NCBI GenBank assembly: GCA_030295235.1
Contig: AP026134.1
Span: 186,001-250,000, forward strand
DNA: 64,000 nucleotides
Direction: 5' to 3'
From: Fistulifera solaris
Taxonomy: Eukaryota
Within the stretch, counting starts at the first letter, position 1, and every line of letters starts with the position of its first letter. Below, in pieces: positions 10,602 to 21,391 of the stretch. The position numbers were made by a program, and so were the translations under genes. A model generated the notes under the pieces. It was not told the DNA's origin. It saw only the letters and a program-made list of their open reading frames with translations, and did not search any database.

Positions 10602-11926
10602 ATGACAAACACATCCAAGTGCTTCGCCTTGATCGCCTCGCTTCTCCTGGCGTCGCCTTGCGTAGACGCCGGACAGGTTATCCGAGGACGCTTCTTCGAT
10701 CGAAACAAGAAAGACACCCAAAACAAACAACAGCCCGTTCAAAACAGCACCGTTATCGATGTCCCAACCACTGCTCGAGCCCCCCGTGCCATCCCCAACT
10801 TTGCCATGGCGGAGATGACGCCGGAAGAAATCGCCGAGGGCATTGCGTCTCGTACTTGGGCCGCCCAGTGCATCAACAGGTGAGTCGTCACACTAAGCTA
10901 TCGTTGTCATTTTCACGCGCCCACCAAAAAAGTCGTCAACTCACTTTGGTTTGTCTTTTGTAATTTTCTTCTCACTTCAGTGGCGACTACGGGAAGGCCG
11001 ATGTGGGTTGTGACGCCGGTTCCAAAATTTGTGGCTTGAACAATCAATTCATTCCCTTGAATGACGTGGGAAACTCATGCGCCCGTTGCATCAACTCGTT
11101 CGATACGATCGAACAAATCGACTACGGTTGTGATGCCATCTATCGCCGTTGTTTGAATGGTGAGAATCTAGATCCGGCGCTTTGGGCCGGCGGCACCAAA
11201 TGCGGACTCCCTTGCACCTTTTACTCTACCATTGAAGGAGATGTCCAAGACAAGATTACGTGGTTCAACGGTGGAAATCCTCTTCCTGCCGGTATGTACG
11301 AGATCAATTACGTTGGAGGATGTCACAAAGTCACGTATGATCCAGGATTCTCTTGGTGCGTGCACTCGAACTTTGAAAGTTACCGCAACTGGTATATTGT
11401 CGATGAAACTTATGACAGGGCATATCCGGGCAATGTGCTCGCACCTGGTATCGTTGGACATGAATGGGGCAAGGGAGGTGATTCGGACTACCAATCCTGC
11501 GTGGAACAGAACCTTGCCGAAGCCAAGCCACTAGTGTACCAGCACAAGGGCGGAAAATTAGGAGTCTACAACTTTGATAAGGATCCATACTCGCAACCCA
11601 CCATCATGTTGTATTACGACAATGTTGCAGGACTTATTCAAAATCCCACATGGAGCTTGAAGGTAGTTCAGTGCCCCAATGCTCCGGACACGCCCGTCGA
11701 CGTGCCCACGACCCCGGAACCCGAAGACTCGGGTACGAAAGCCCCGTGCTGTGCAGCTGGTGAAACTGGTTGGCGCCCTTACAAGGGCTGCAAGGAGTAC
11801 TACTACTGCATGAATGGAAAAGCATTGGCCACCCAGAAATGCGGAGCTGGTACGCTTTTCAATGGAAGCGTGTGTGACTGGGCCAACAAGGTTCAGTGTG
11901 GGAAGATTCAAACAAAAAATTGTTAG
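10602..11926 (+). CDS. Secreted Cys-rich protein with C-terminal chitin-binding type-2 (CBM14/peritrophin-like) domain; intron 10880-10980
   Basis: Signal peptide MTNTSKCFALIASLLLASPCVDA. A GTGAGT..CAG intron joins the two ORFs in frame. A Pro/Thr linker precedes C..C.EYYYC.NG....KC..GTLFN..VCDW...VQC. Confidence 0.8.
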
Positions 11927-12150
11927 GTTAGATAATTAAACATTATGTAAGATATAGAGTTTATGGCATAGGTTCATCAGATAGGTCTCGCATTTTTTGT
12001 CGCCGTCGGCTTACAAAAGCCAATCCAATGTACCACATAATATCCGTATCAGGGTGTTCCCAGATGATGATCGAGCCACATTCGAAAAGAAAACTTGTTC
12101 TCCTTGCGAAAGAGATGCAGCGTACGCAATCGCTTGCCACGTAAGCAAAC

Positions 12151-13629
12151 CTAAATCATTTCATTGTCATCAACGTCACGTTCCCCTACCGACCGCTGTC
12201 GCAAAGTAAGATCCTGCGGAATCGATGATAAAGTAGTACTATCACCAGTACCATCTTCCTCCGTTTCGTAATCTTCGTATTCGCCACTTTCTTCTTCTTG
12301 CGAGGTCAGTCGCCTTGCCTTACGGCGTCGGCGCGTTTGTTCCACAATGTCACTCATATCCGACACAAAATCACGAATGCCAAATCCCGGCGTGGCCATG
12401 GCTTCCCGTTGCGTATCACGATAATTTGGTTGCCATTCTTCCCACGGAAAGACACACCAGTGGGCAATCGAAAAAAATAACATTTCCAGACAAATCAACA
12501 CATTCTGTATTTGTGTGGCGTGTTCTTGGGGAGTCATAATGTCGTTGTCGTCGACCGGCACGATGTTCGTGCTGTTGCCATTTTGTATAATAGCAGTTGT
12601 ATTCTCATCGTCGCCGGACTTTTGCATTTGCACGAGAATACTAATGAGCAAACCTTGCCAAAAGGTGAGAAAGACTACACCCTTGATACTCATAAACTTG
12701 GCGAACGGCTGTAGCCATTGTAAATCATGTTCACAGGCGTGATAAAACTTGAGTAGACCCCGAAAGGCAAAAAAGACGGACACATTCATAATCATGCTGA
12801 CTAAAAGGACGGACTGATCAAATACTGCCACCACGTCATTTCCACTTCTTCGTCTTGCACGAGAGATAGCACCAAATGAATCAACGCGGTCAAGGGACGA
12901 ATGAGAACGAATTGCAAACAGAGAATTTGGCATTCCGTCAACACGGCATTCGCTTTCGCGGCATCACTGACTTCCGGGGGCGGATCGTAATAACTGCGCA
13001 ACCACCGGGTCGGTGCGGGCAACTTTGAGGCGTGTTGCGCCAGAACTTGCACTGCGGCCGCCCGGTCTCCCCTTTCCCAAGACCAAGATCAAAAAGGCCA
13101 AGAAATTGTAAATGACGTACGCCTCATAAAAGTCTTTAATAACCATCAAATATCCGTCGACGGCTGGCACCAACAGACTGACACACGACGTGACACTGTA
13201 AATCGGTGTCATCCACAAAATCACCAACACTTTGCGTTGAATGATGGGTTGCGCGTAATTTCGTAAATGCGTTGTCATATGAAACATGGTAATGAGACCC
13301 GTCAGTAAAGTTAACGTAATGCCCATTTGAAAAATGGTATAAGATTGATTCTTTTGCACTTGTTGCGTCAATTGTTGTATTTGATCTTGCTGTTTTGTTT
13401 GTACTTGAATTTGTAGTTTTTCGATGGTATCATTCTGCTGTTGCAATTCAACATTGAGCCATTGCACTTGTAACAACAAAAAGACCAACGCAGCCGTCAG
13501 AAAACACAACCACCAAAAGGTGAACCGCAACCACCAAGGACGACGTGTTTCAGTACTCCGAAAGAGACCGCCAGGAGGAGTCGTCGTCGAATCGTAATGC
13601 GCGGGTGTCGGATTCGAAGATAAAAGCAT
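12151..13629 (-). CDS. TMEM184/organic solute transporter alpha family protein (two indels near 13070 and 12805)
   Basis: HLRNYxxPxxQR, ILWMTPIYS, KDFYEAYVIYNF, LQFVLIRP, PFAKFMSIKGVVFLTFWQ and QNVLICLEM..FSIAH motifs. Confidence 0.88.
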
Positions 13630-14174
13630 CTTTTGACTGCCTTTTGAAGTAGGGTTTAATATTGTTATTTGTGAACGATAATAACAAGATAATGAAAGAT
13701 TTGACTGCATGAGCAATGAAATTAATAGGAGTAAAACTACAGCGGCACACGACTGCAATTGTAATTCGCTCTTAAGTCGTGAATCGCGTGCGTCGTACAG
13801 ACTGACAATTAAAAATGGCGCGCCAAGCTAATTACTTTCTGAACACGTTTCGCTGGTTATAGACGAGAAGTATTAACCCCGGATATTTGATAGCGGATAA
13901 TTCGCAGATATCGCGCGAGATCGCGCGGTGGGTGTGACGTAGAAAAATCGTTCCGGTACCCTAAAAAAATTTTTCTCTGGTTATAAACAAATTCTCGACT
14001 TTGATTAGGTGACGCACTAAACGTGACGTACAGACTCCTGACTCCTGTCTTATTAATTAGGAATCGCGGTCGCTTCATTTTTTTTTCTTTTTTTTTTTAC
14101 TTTCGTAGTGCTGTTGTTACATTGGAAGCCATCATACTTCTTTCTCTCTCTCTCCCAGAACAAATGCTGTTCAT

Positions 14175-15821
14175 ATGTATCCAGACAGGAAGCTTGTTCT
14201 CCTTTTCGTAGCCGTAACAAGGAGCCGTGCCGCCGTCGATTGTGACGCATTCTCCTCCTCGTGTAAGTATATTCCTTGGACGCGTCGATCCCTTCGTTTC
14301 CCTACTGATGGTGCGTATTTTCCAGGCGCTGCCTGTACGACGGCACATTACGATGCTGCGTTGCCTTTGTCGTGTTCTTGGAATCCAATGAAATTGAGCT
14401 GTATCCGATCGACCAAGAATAACGACACCCTTCATTACGAATCCGAATGTCCTCTGGGACCGATCCCCTATCCCCCAAATCCTCCCGAGTTTCTCCCCGA
14501 TTGGATGTCATTTTTTCATCAAGCGCAACTGTTCGACGAGGTTACCTTACTTGATCTATGTTTGCCCGGAACGCACGATAGTTTGTCGTACGATTTGTCG
14601 TTGGTGATCTCCGCCGATGGTTCTGGGACACTTCAGCGGTGGGTAGCTTTCCTCAAAAAGTTGAGCCATCCGGGAGAGTTGGAAGATTTCTTTCGGACGC
14701 AAGCTAAAACGCAACAATTGTCAATCACACAACAACTCGACAATGGTGTACGGTTTTTCGATTTGCGCATGATGCGACAACCGGTCAATGGACGATGGTA
14801 TTCCGTGCATTTCATGCAATCGCAGCAGACCATAGAAACATATTGGCACGAAATTCGAAATTGGCTCGATTTACATCCTCACGAAATCGTCGTGTTGTGG
14901 TTGTCACGGGACGGCAATCCTGCCGCCACCGGTCCAGATCAATATCCCAATGTCACGTCGGAACAGAAACAGGCCATTTGGCAGAATTTTACCACCATTT
15001 TTGGTGACTTGTTGATTCATACGGATGAAGTGAATTTGTGGACCGATTCTGTGACGTTCTTGATCCAGCGCAACTATCGCGTCGTACCATTCGTGTCCGA
15101 CTATCACGATTTTTCCCAATCTTCACCGTTGGCACTCGATGCGGCTCGCATTCAGAATGTATGGAACCTGGGAGACGTCTTTGATGCCGAGGACATGACC
15201 TTCCATTTGAAGGACTATTTTCAGAATGCCAAGGTCAACAATGTGGCTGTGCATAAACGACATGGTTTTACTCTTCTGGGTATGAATACGGCATCACCCG
15301 AATGGCAAGTAGTGGCTTCAGCCGAAAAACGTTTTCTGGGATGGAAGCATGATCGAAGATGCTCATCTCATTTTCAAACACCCGAAGCAACGCATTGGTG
15401 CCCCGAAACGCTTCTGGATATTGTGCAGTTGTCATCTTATTATGCGCAGTCCGTCTTGGAATACGCGTATGATGGCATCGAGTCGAAGCAACTTGCCTTT
15501 CCCAACGCTATTTATCTAGATGCATTGGATTGGGGAGGCACAATTCGAACGGGTTCACAACTTCTCAATGGTCACGATCGAGGGGGTGCACATGAGAATA
15601 AAATTTCCACTTACGGCTATGTCGACACGGTCCTTTCTTACAATGCACAAATTGCTTGTGCAAATGATTCACAGAATCAGGGATGTGCCTTGTTTAGAAA
15701 AGAAATGGCGCGGAGGAAAGAACTACATCCACATCGGCTGTGGGACGACCCAAACTTTGCAAGGTATTCCTCTTGGCCATCTTTCGACAGTGGGGAGCAA
15801 TTAATTAATACATACAGATAG
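14175..15821 (+). CDS. Secreted PI-PLC X-domain (PLC-like phosphodiesterase) protein
   Basis: N-terminal signal peptide, then LPGTHDS, Q..SITQQLDNGVRFFDLR and WLDLHPHEIVVL. Confidence 0.85.
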   Translation: MYPDRKLVLLFVAVTRSRAAVDCDAFSSSCKYIPWTRRSLRFPTDGAYFPGAACTTAHYDAALPLSCSWNPMKLSCIRSTKNNDTLHYESECPLGPIPYPPNPPEFLPDWMSFFHQAQLFDEVTLLDLCLPGTHDSLSYDLSLVISADGSGTLQRWVAFLKKLSHPGELEDFFRTQAKTQQLSITQQLDNGVRFFDLRMMRQPVNGRWYSVHFMQSQQTIETYWHEIRNWLDLHPHEIVVLWLSRDGNPAATGPDQYPNVTSEQKQAIWQNFTTIFGDLLIHTDEVNLWTDSVTFLIQRNYRVVPFVSDYHDFSQSSPLALDAARIQNVWNLGDVFDAEDMTFHLKDYFQNAKVNNVAVHKRHGFTLLGMNTASPEWQVVASAEKRFLGWKHDRRCSSHFQTPEATHWCPETLLDIVQLSSYYAQSVLEYAYDGIESKQLAFPNAIYLDALDWGGTIRTGSQLLNGHDRGGAHENKISTYGYVDTVLSYNAQIACANDSQNQGCALFRKEMARRKELHPHRLWDDPNFARYSSWPSFDSGEQLINTYR

Positions 15822-16016
15822 AAGACTGACAAGAGGGTCGGAAAAGAGTGCTTTTGTTATGATTGTGATTATTGCGTAATTAGCGGATAACACTGCCAGA
15901 AACGATTTTAGATAAGTATGGAAAACTTGGCAGAGCGAGACGGCGGGCGGCATGATAATGACGATGCGAGTTGGAGGCCTCCCCAACCAGAAGCTTGCCA
16001 CTGGTTTCTTTGGCTG

Positions 16017-18880
16017 TTACGACTCGTGGATAAAGAACTTCCTGACGATTTTTTTATCAGAACTACTTCTCGAGCCGTCTGGCACAGCCACAGTCGCGTC
16101 ATCCATTTGACTCGCCCGGTTGTTTCGTGGAAGGTTGCGACTTAACGCCCAGCGGACCCTTTGTGTCGCAGTTCTGCTTTTCTCTCCTCCCTCGATCTCT
16201 CCCATAAATGTGGGTAGAACATCAACTAAACCCCCGTTCAGAAGATTTTTACGACTCTTTTTGGCAGCTTGTCGTTTCATATATAGATTTTGTAAGGCAA
16301 CAGGTCCTCCACCGCCTATCACGCGAAGGACATCACCACTGGAGCTTTGACTGATTTTGTCATAAAGCTCTAACAATGACTTGTCCAGTTCCGCTGGGGA
16401 TAACTTTACCTTTAGTTTTGGAGAATCAAACATTTCGTCGATGTCGATATCTAAGCGTTTATTGAGTTCAATCAGAAGTCTTTCGCGAACTGGTCTTGGT
16501 AACACTGCACACTACTTGTCAGAACCTTGATTCGTCGACGGCGGTTTACAATGAATACATTGTTAACGTACCTCTACTCTGCTCTATTTCGCTTGATAAC
16601 TTTGTTCTAAAAAGGCGAAAACGGCGTCTTGTATTTGCAAATGTGGTTGCAAGTACCTTTCGGGTCTTCTCGTCCTCCACCAAAGGAGGTAGCGAAATCT
16701 AATGTGAATTGTGAGTGTCCTTGTCGGTTGAGCAAAAATTTAATCGCAGTAGCTTACCTCAATTTCAGCTTCTTCCGCTATTATTGCTTGAGAAAGCTTG
16801 TGCGCTTCCTCCTCCGGTATACAAGCGGCGGCCTTTAATCGATCTGTGGCAGCTTCCCATGATAAGGCATATGAATACTCCTCTGTGAGCGGTTCAGGTG
16901 CATGAGTCAGCGCATAGTAAAGATTTCCAACAAACTCTTCTTTGGTCGTATATGTTAGGCAGTTGGGAAATTGAGCAAAGAAATCGTTCGACGGATGAGA
17001 AGGTAGTATCACAAATTTCCCCATCGCTAGTGCTTCCGCTGAAGTAGTACAAAGAACCTCCGATGTGGATGGATTAACAAAGATCTAGTTCCAGGAGTCA
17101 AACACGGAATATGAGCTTATGGTGCGGCGGTCTCTCAGAATAAAGTGAAAAGTGTAGAACTTACCTTGTGAGTAGAAGCCAGTTCCGCGTGGTCAACCGG
17201 TCCGTGGAAAGGCATGTCTAAATCCAGTTTTTTCGCCTTTACACTAGCCGCTTCTTGATCAGGCCCACCACCATACATGTCAACCGAGACCCGAAGGTCT
17301 GCAGACTCTTCAGCATATCGTAACAGTTCCATGAGTGAGCCTAAACCCTTCGACCATAGCATTTTCCCGATAAAGTAAATAGAAATCTCAGCCGTTGCAC
17401 CAAACACAGGGTCGTTTTGTTTTCCGTCATCTGTTTCTAGTCGTCGACTGACTTCTACACCGGCGTCTAAGAACGTTGCTCTCACACCGTGTACATTTTC
17501 TACCAGTTCCTTCTCTGGTGCTACTTTATCCAAAGTTCCGGAAAGCTTGATGACACGATGGCAGTGTGCGCGGCACATCCACGAACAGAGCAAACGCATT
17601 GCTGGGGCCTACCAAGAATGTAAGCAAAATATATAGTACACATATAGTCAGGAATTTCACAATAATCTCGACCTACCCGAATCAAAGCTGCCGGCTGATC
17701 CATCGCATACTGGAAGTAATTGGTATGAAGGATGCCCACAACATGCTTAAACTTTTTCGTCCAACTTTCGCCGGGTGCCCGGTACCTATAGAAAGCCAGC
17801 ACGCATGTCAGGTTGATCCTATACAAGCCCAATGCGCGCGCATGATACATACCAGTTGAGATGTTCGGGCTCTTCCAAGATGCAGATATCAATGGAATCA
17901 CCGGGTATCAAAGACGTGATATCCCCCATACTGTACACGGAATTTTCCACCGGGTTTTGCCACGCCGTATACCACGCAATGATCAATTCCTCACTTTCTT
18001 GTGGCATATTTGCCGACTCGCGCAACCAGGTCCGTATATTGGCTTCCTGATCCTCCGGGGTCTGGAAGGCATTGTTTTCACCATACACACGTTTTTGGTC
18101 CTCGGGTCGTTCCAACCACGGCAGCATGAGTGTGACACTGCCTCCAAAGTCCTTGCGTCCGCGGGTCAAATACGCGGCCCGCAACAAGGGATTGACCGCG
18201 GTACCCGTCTTCCATGGCAAAGATGCGGTCGTGACAATGAGAATGCGTTTTGACGGATCGGCCAAATCGGTTTCCGGCAAAACGGCTTCTCCGGGCTTGG
18301 CCGGTTGCGGGATCGGCATGGATGTCGTCCGTGATTTCTTGGTTTCGGTAGCGGCAATCGTAGCGCTGGAATCGACTCTTTCTTCGGTCAGGGTAAATGA
18401 GGTGGATGTCTTTGTTTTTGTGGTAACGTTCGTTTCACTGGACGAAAAATTCATAGGTCGACCGTAATTACCAAACGAATATCCATCGGCCGATTCCGCT
18501 TGCGCTTTATCTAAATAATCTTGTACATCATCGGCCCAATCCTGCAACAAACGATCCCACGAAGGAAATCCTTCAAACCGTCGTTTGCGCGTGGCGGTTT
18601 TGGTCCGATTATTCGTATCAATAATAATATCATCCTCCAACAAGAGTTTCCATTGACTCGGAAAGAATCGCGATTCGCTCGTCATGGCCCCTAGGTTACG
18701 AATTTCGCGAAAGGTATCTTCCCAATACTGTTTCCGTAAGGCTTGAAATTTCGGATCCCCAAATTGTTCTTTGGCTTTTTTGAAGTCTTCTTCTTCTTCG
18801 TCTTCGTCTGTGGTTGTATTATGACATTGTGTCACACGAACATAGATACTGCAAAGAACGAGGAACGGAAGTATCCGCAT
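16017..18880 (-). CDS. DGD1: Digalactosyldiacylglycerol synthase (GT4), multi-exon
   Basis: TTASLPWKTGTAVNPLLRAAYL, LEEPEHLNWY, VVGILHTNY, HCHRVIKLS, ENVHGV, YFIGKMLWSKG and LSWEAATDR. GT-AG introns include 17852-17786, with an extra short exon at about 16698-16572. N-terminal signal peptide. Confidence 0.92.
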
Positions 18881-19542
18881 GTTGTCGTGTGTTTGTATTG
18901 AAAAAAAGGAAAATGAATTTGCGGGGTGTTGCGTCACTCACACACACAAATATTGCCAACAAGTACAAAGTAGGAACGCCAGTGAAAACCTTGTCTACCT
19001 TTTTTTTCACGTGCCTCGACGCGATACAATAGAAACTCTAGAGAATGGATTGTATGTCCTATCCAGTATGATTAACACAATCCACAAAATAATAAAATCG
19101 AAAGGGCCATGCATCATCATCATCATCACCATCATCACGCCATCACAAAAATTCACGTCTCCGATGAAAGATAACCCGTGTCGGGTGTTGTGTGTCGAAC
19201 GTCATTGCTGTCCGCTCAATTCAAGATACTAAATCTATGTCGTAACGGGATAGTTTTTGGAGAGAAAAACGGGTCTCATAGTTATAAAACATGCTAGGTA
19301 AGGTTACGACATGTAGCTGATATCTATTTGGAGCTGTCGCGAGTCGCGAGATGCACCACTCCGAGAGTCATTGCACACGACAAATACGTAGTAATAATGA
19401 CGACAAGGACATTTTTTTTTACCCAACACGCAACGAGATGCAACAGAGAAGTCACTTCCCCAGAAGAAGTTATTATCTATTGCTGCTAAACCTTGTCTCG
19501 TTCGTTATTGCTTCAGATCATCGTTATTGGGATCACGAAACC

Positions 19543-20233
19543 ATGTCTTGTTATAAGCCGGTCGTCTTTTGTGGCCCGTCGGGGGTCGGCAAAGGCACTC
19601 TCATTGCCAAACTGATGCAACACTTTGCGAATGAACCCTTTGGGTTTTCTGTATCGCATACCACACGATTACCGCGGGAGGGTGAAATCGATGGTGTTCA
19701 CTACAACTTTACGACCGTTGAACAAATGAAACAAGAAATTGAGGAAGGAAAGTTTATTGAATATGCCGAAGTGCACGGTCGTTATTATGGTACAAGGTAC
19801 GTCTCGTGGCGATGAACGGTGTGAGTGTGTGTGTGTGTGTGTGTATATATACACATCCTTTCCTGGTTCTTACACATACACACACTCTTTCAGCATCGCC
19901 GCCGTCGATGCCGTCCAGAAAAGTGGGAAAATTTGTGTCTTGGACATTGATGTGCAAGGTGTCCAATCGGTCAAACAGAGCAGTCTGGAACCACTCTATT
20001 TGTTCATTGCTCCACCTTCGATGGCCGCTTTAGAGGAGCGTTTGCGAGGAAGAGGGACCGAAACAGAAGAACAGATGCAAATTCGATTGGGGAATGCGGC
20101 CCAAGAATTGGCGTACGGACAAGCGGAGGGTAATTTTGACAAGATTTTTGTCAACAACGACCTGGAAACCTGTTTTGCCGAAATGGTGCAAGCCTTCCAA
20201 GAATGGTATCCTCATTTGAAGCCAGTTGTATAG
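19543..20233 (+). CDS. GUK1: Guanylate kinase; intron 19797-19893 (possible upstream start at 19438 with a targeting peptide)
   Basis: [11 protein letters not shown]-loop, SVSHTTRxPRxGE, YYGTS restored by splicing, LDIDVQG and RLRGRGTE. Confidence 0.95.
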
Positions 20234-20334
20234 AAACTTTTACAGTGAAAGATAGCATGAAACCGTTGAACGCTGGATGACACATCCAACTTGCTCGCTT
20301 TCCGTTGAAATAATCTAGAATTACAGCAAAAAAT

Positions 20335-21039
20335 CTATCCCAATGAATCTGGTGAATTCGAATCCTTCGCTCTAGGACATTGGAAGGATTGTAATGTATC
20401 ATCTTCTAGTAATTGCCGCAATTGTTCGATCAAAGCTGCCGGTGATTCGGCTTGAAGTTCCAATTCGACTTGTCGAAAACATTCGGCATAATCGCATTGC
20501 CGGAACCCCAATTTCGTTTGAAATAACGCCAAGGAGGAACTATTGTCTTGATTGATTTTACAAAAGAATCGACAAATTTTGGGGATGTGTGTCGCAGCAT
20601 ACAACATCATGAGACTGCAAGCTTCTCGACCGATTCCTTTGCGACGTGCCTTGGGTTCCGCTATCATGATATCGATTTCAGCTTGTCGAAATAGTGCAGG
20701 ATTTGTAGGATTATTATTATTGTCGTCGTCAGCGTCGAAATCGGAAAAGAATAAATTGACATCCCCCACCATGGCAGATACATTTCGTTTCACAAAATCG
20801 GTATCGTGGGCACCGATTATCTGAGAAGCATCGAGTACAATAAATGTACATTTCGTTTCGTCGGTAAACCACGTTTGTTGCATCTCGTATTCTTCTTGCA
20901 GAGAAAGTGGTTCCGAACCAGTGGCTTCCAACAAGGCCGGATCTTGCATCCAGGAGTGATATTGGAGGACATGTTCGTGGCGATACGGAACTAAACAACA
21001 GTGTTTGCCGATCAAAACAATTTCGGCGTTCAACAGCAT
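20335..21039 (-). CDS. NAT9: N-acetyltransferase 9-like GNAT protein
   Basis: LVPY..EHV..YH.WM, T.SEPLSL.EEY.MQ..W..DE.KCTFI, MVGDVNLF and AEIDIMIAE...RRKGIG. Confidence 0.92.
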   Translation of the reverse strand: MLLNAEIVLIGKHCCLVPYRHEHVLQYHSWMQDPALLEATGSEPLSLQEEYEMQQTWFTDETKCTFIVLDASQIIGAHDTDFVKRNVSAMVGDVNLFFSDFDADDDNNNNPTNPALFRQAEIDIMIAEPKARRKGIGREACSLMMLYAATHIPKICRFFCKINQDNSSSLALFQTKLGFRQCDYAECFRQVELELQAESPAALIEQLRQLLEDDTLQSFQCPRAKDSNSPDSLG

Positions 21040-21131
21040 AAGGTAGACGATGACAGTAATAATTGGGTGATGGTTCGAATGTTTGAATGTTGTCGAGAAG
21101 ATATCGTCCGCCTTTTCGCATCGGCACGCAT

Positions 21132-21391
21132 TGTTGAAACTACGCTATTATTCACAACGAGTTGCAATACTATTACGATTGGCTAACCATTAAAACAAAA
21201 GTGAGAAGAGCGATGCGTCGTTCTCTTCCCTCATCATGCTCTTTCATACGTATTCACTGACGCGATAGCTTTTCGTGGTTTACGTTTCTTTCCAACTACC
21301 GTCCATCCATCCGTCTCACCATCGCATGCGTCATCCGATGTCGCACCTCGAAGAGGATCCCAAGATTCCGTTTCGCGCTGCTTTTCCAACA
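21132..21391 (-). repeat. 3' LTR of the copia element
   Basis: Direct repeat of 26219-26478, differing only by two 1-bp homopolymer indels. Confidence 0.97.
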
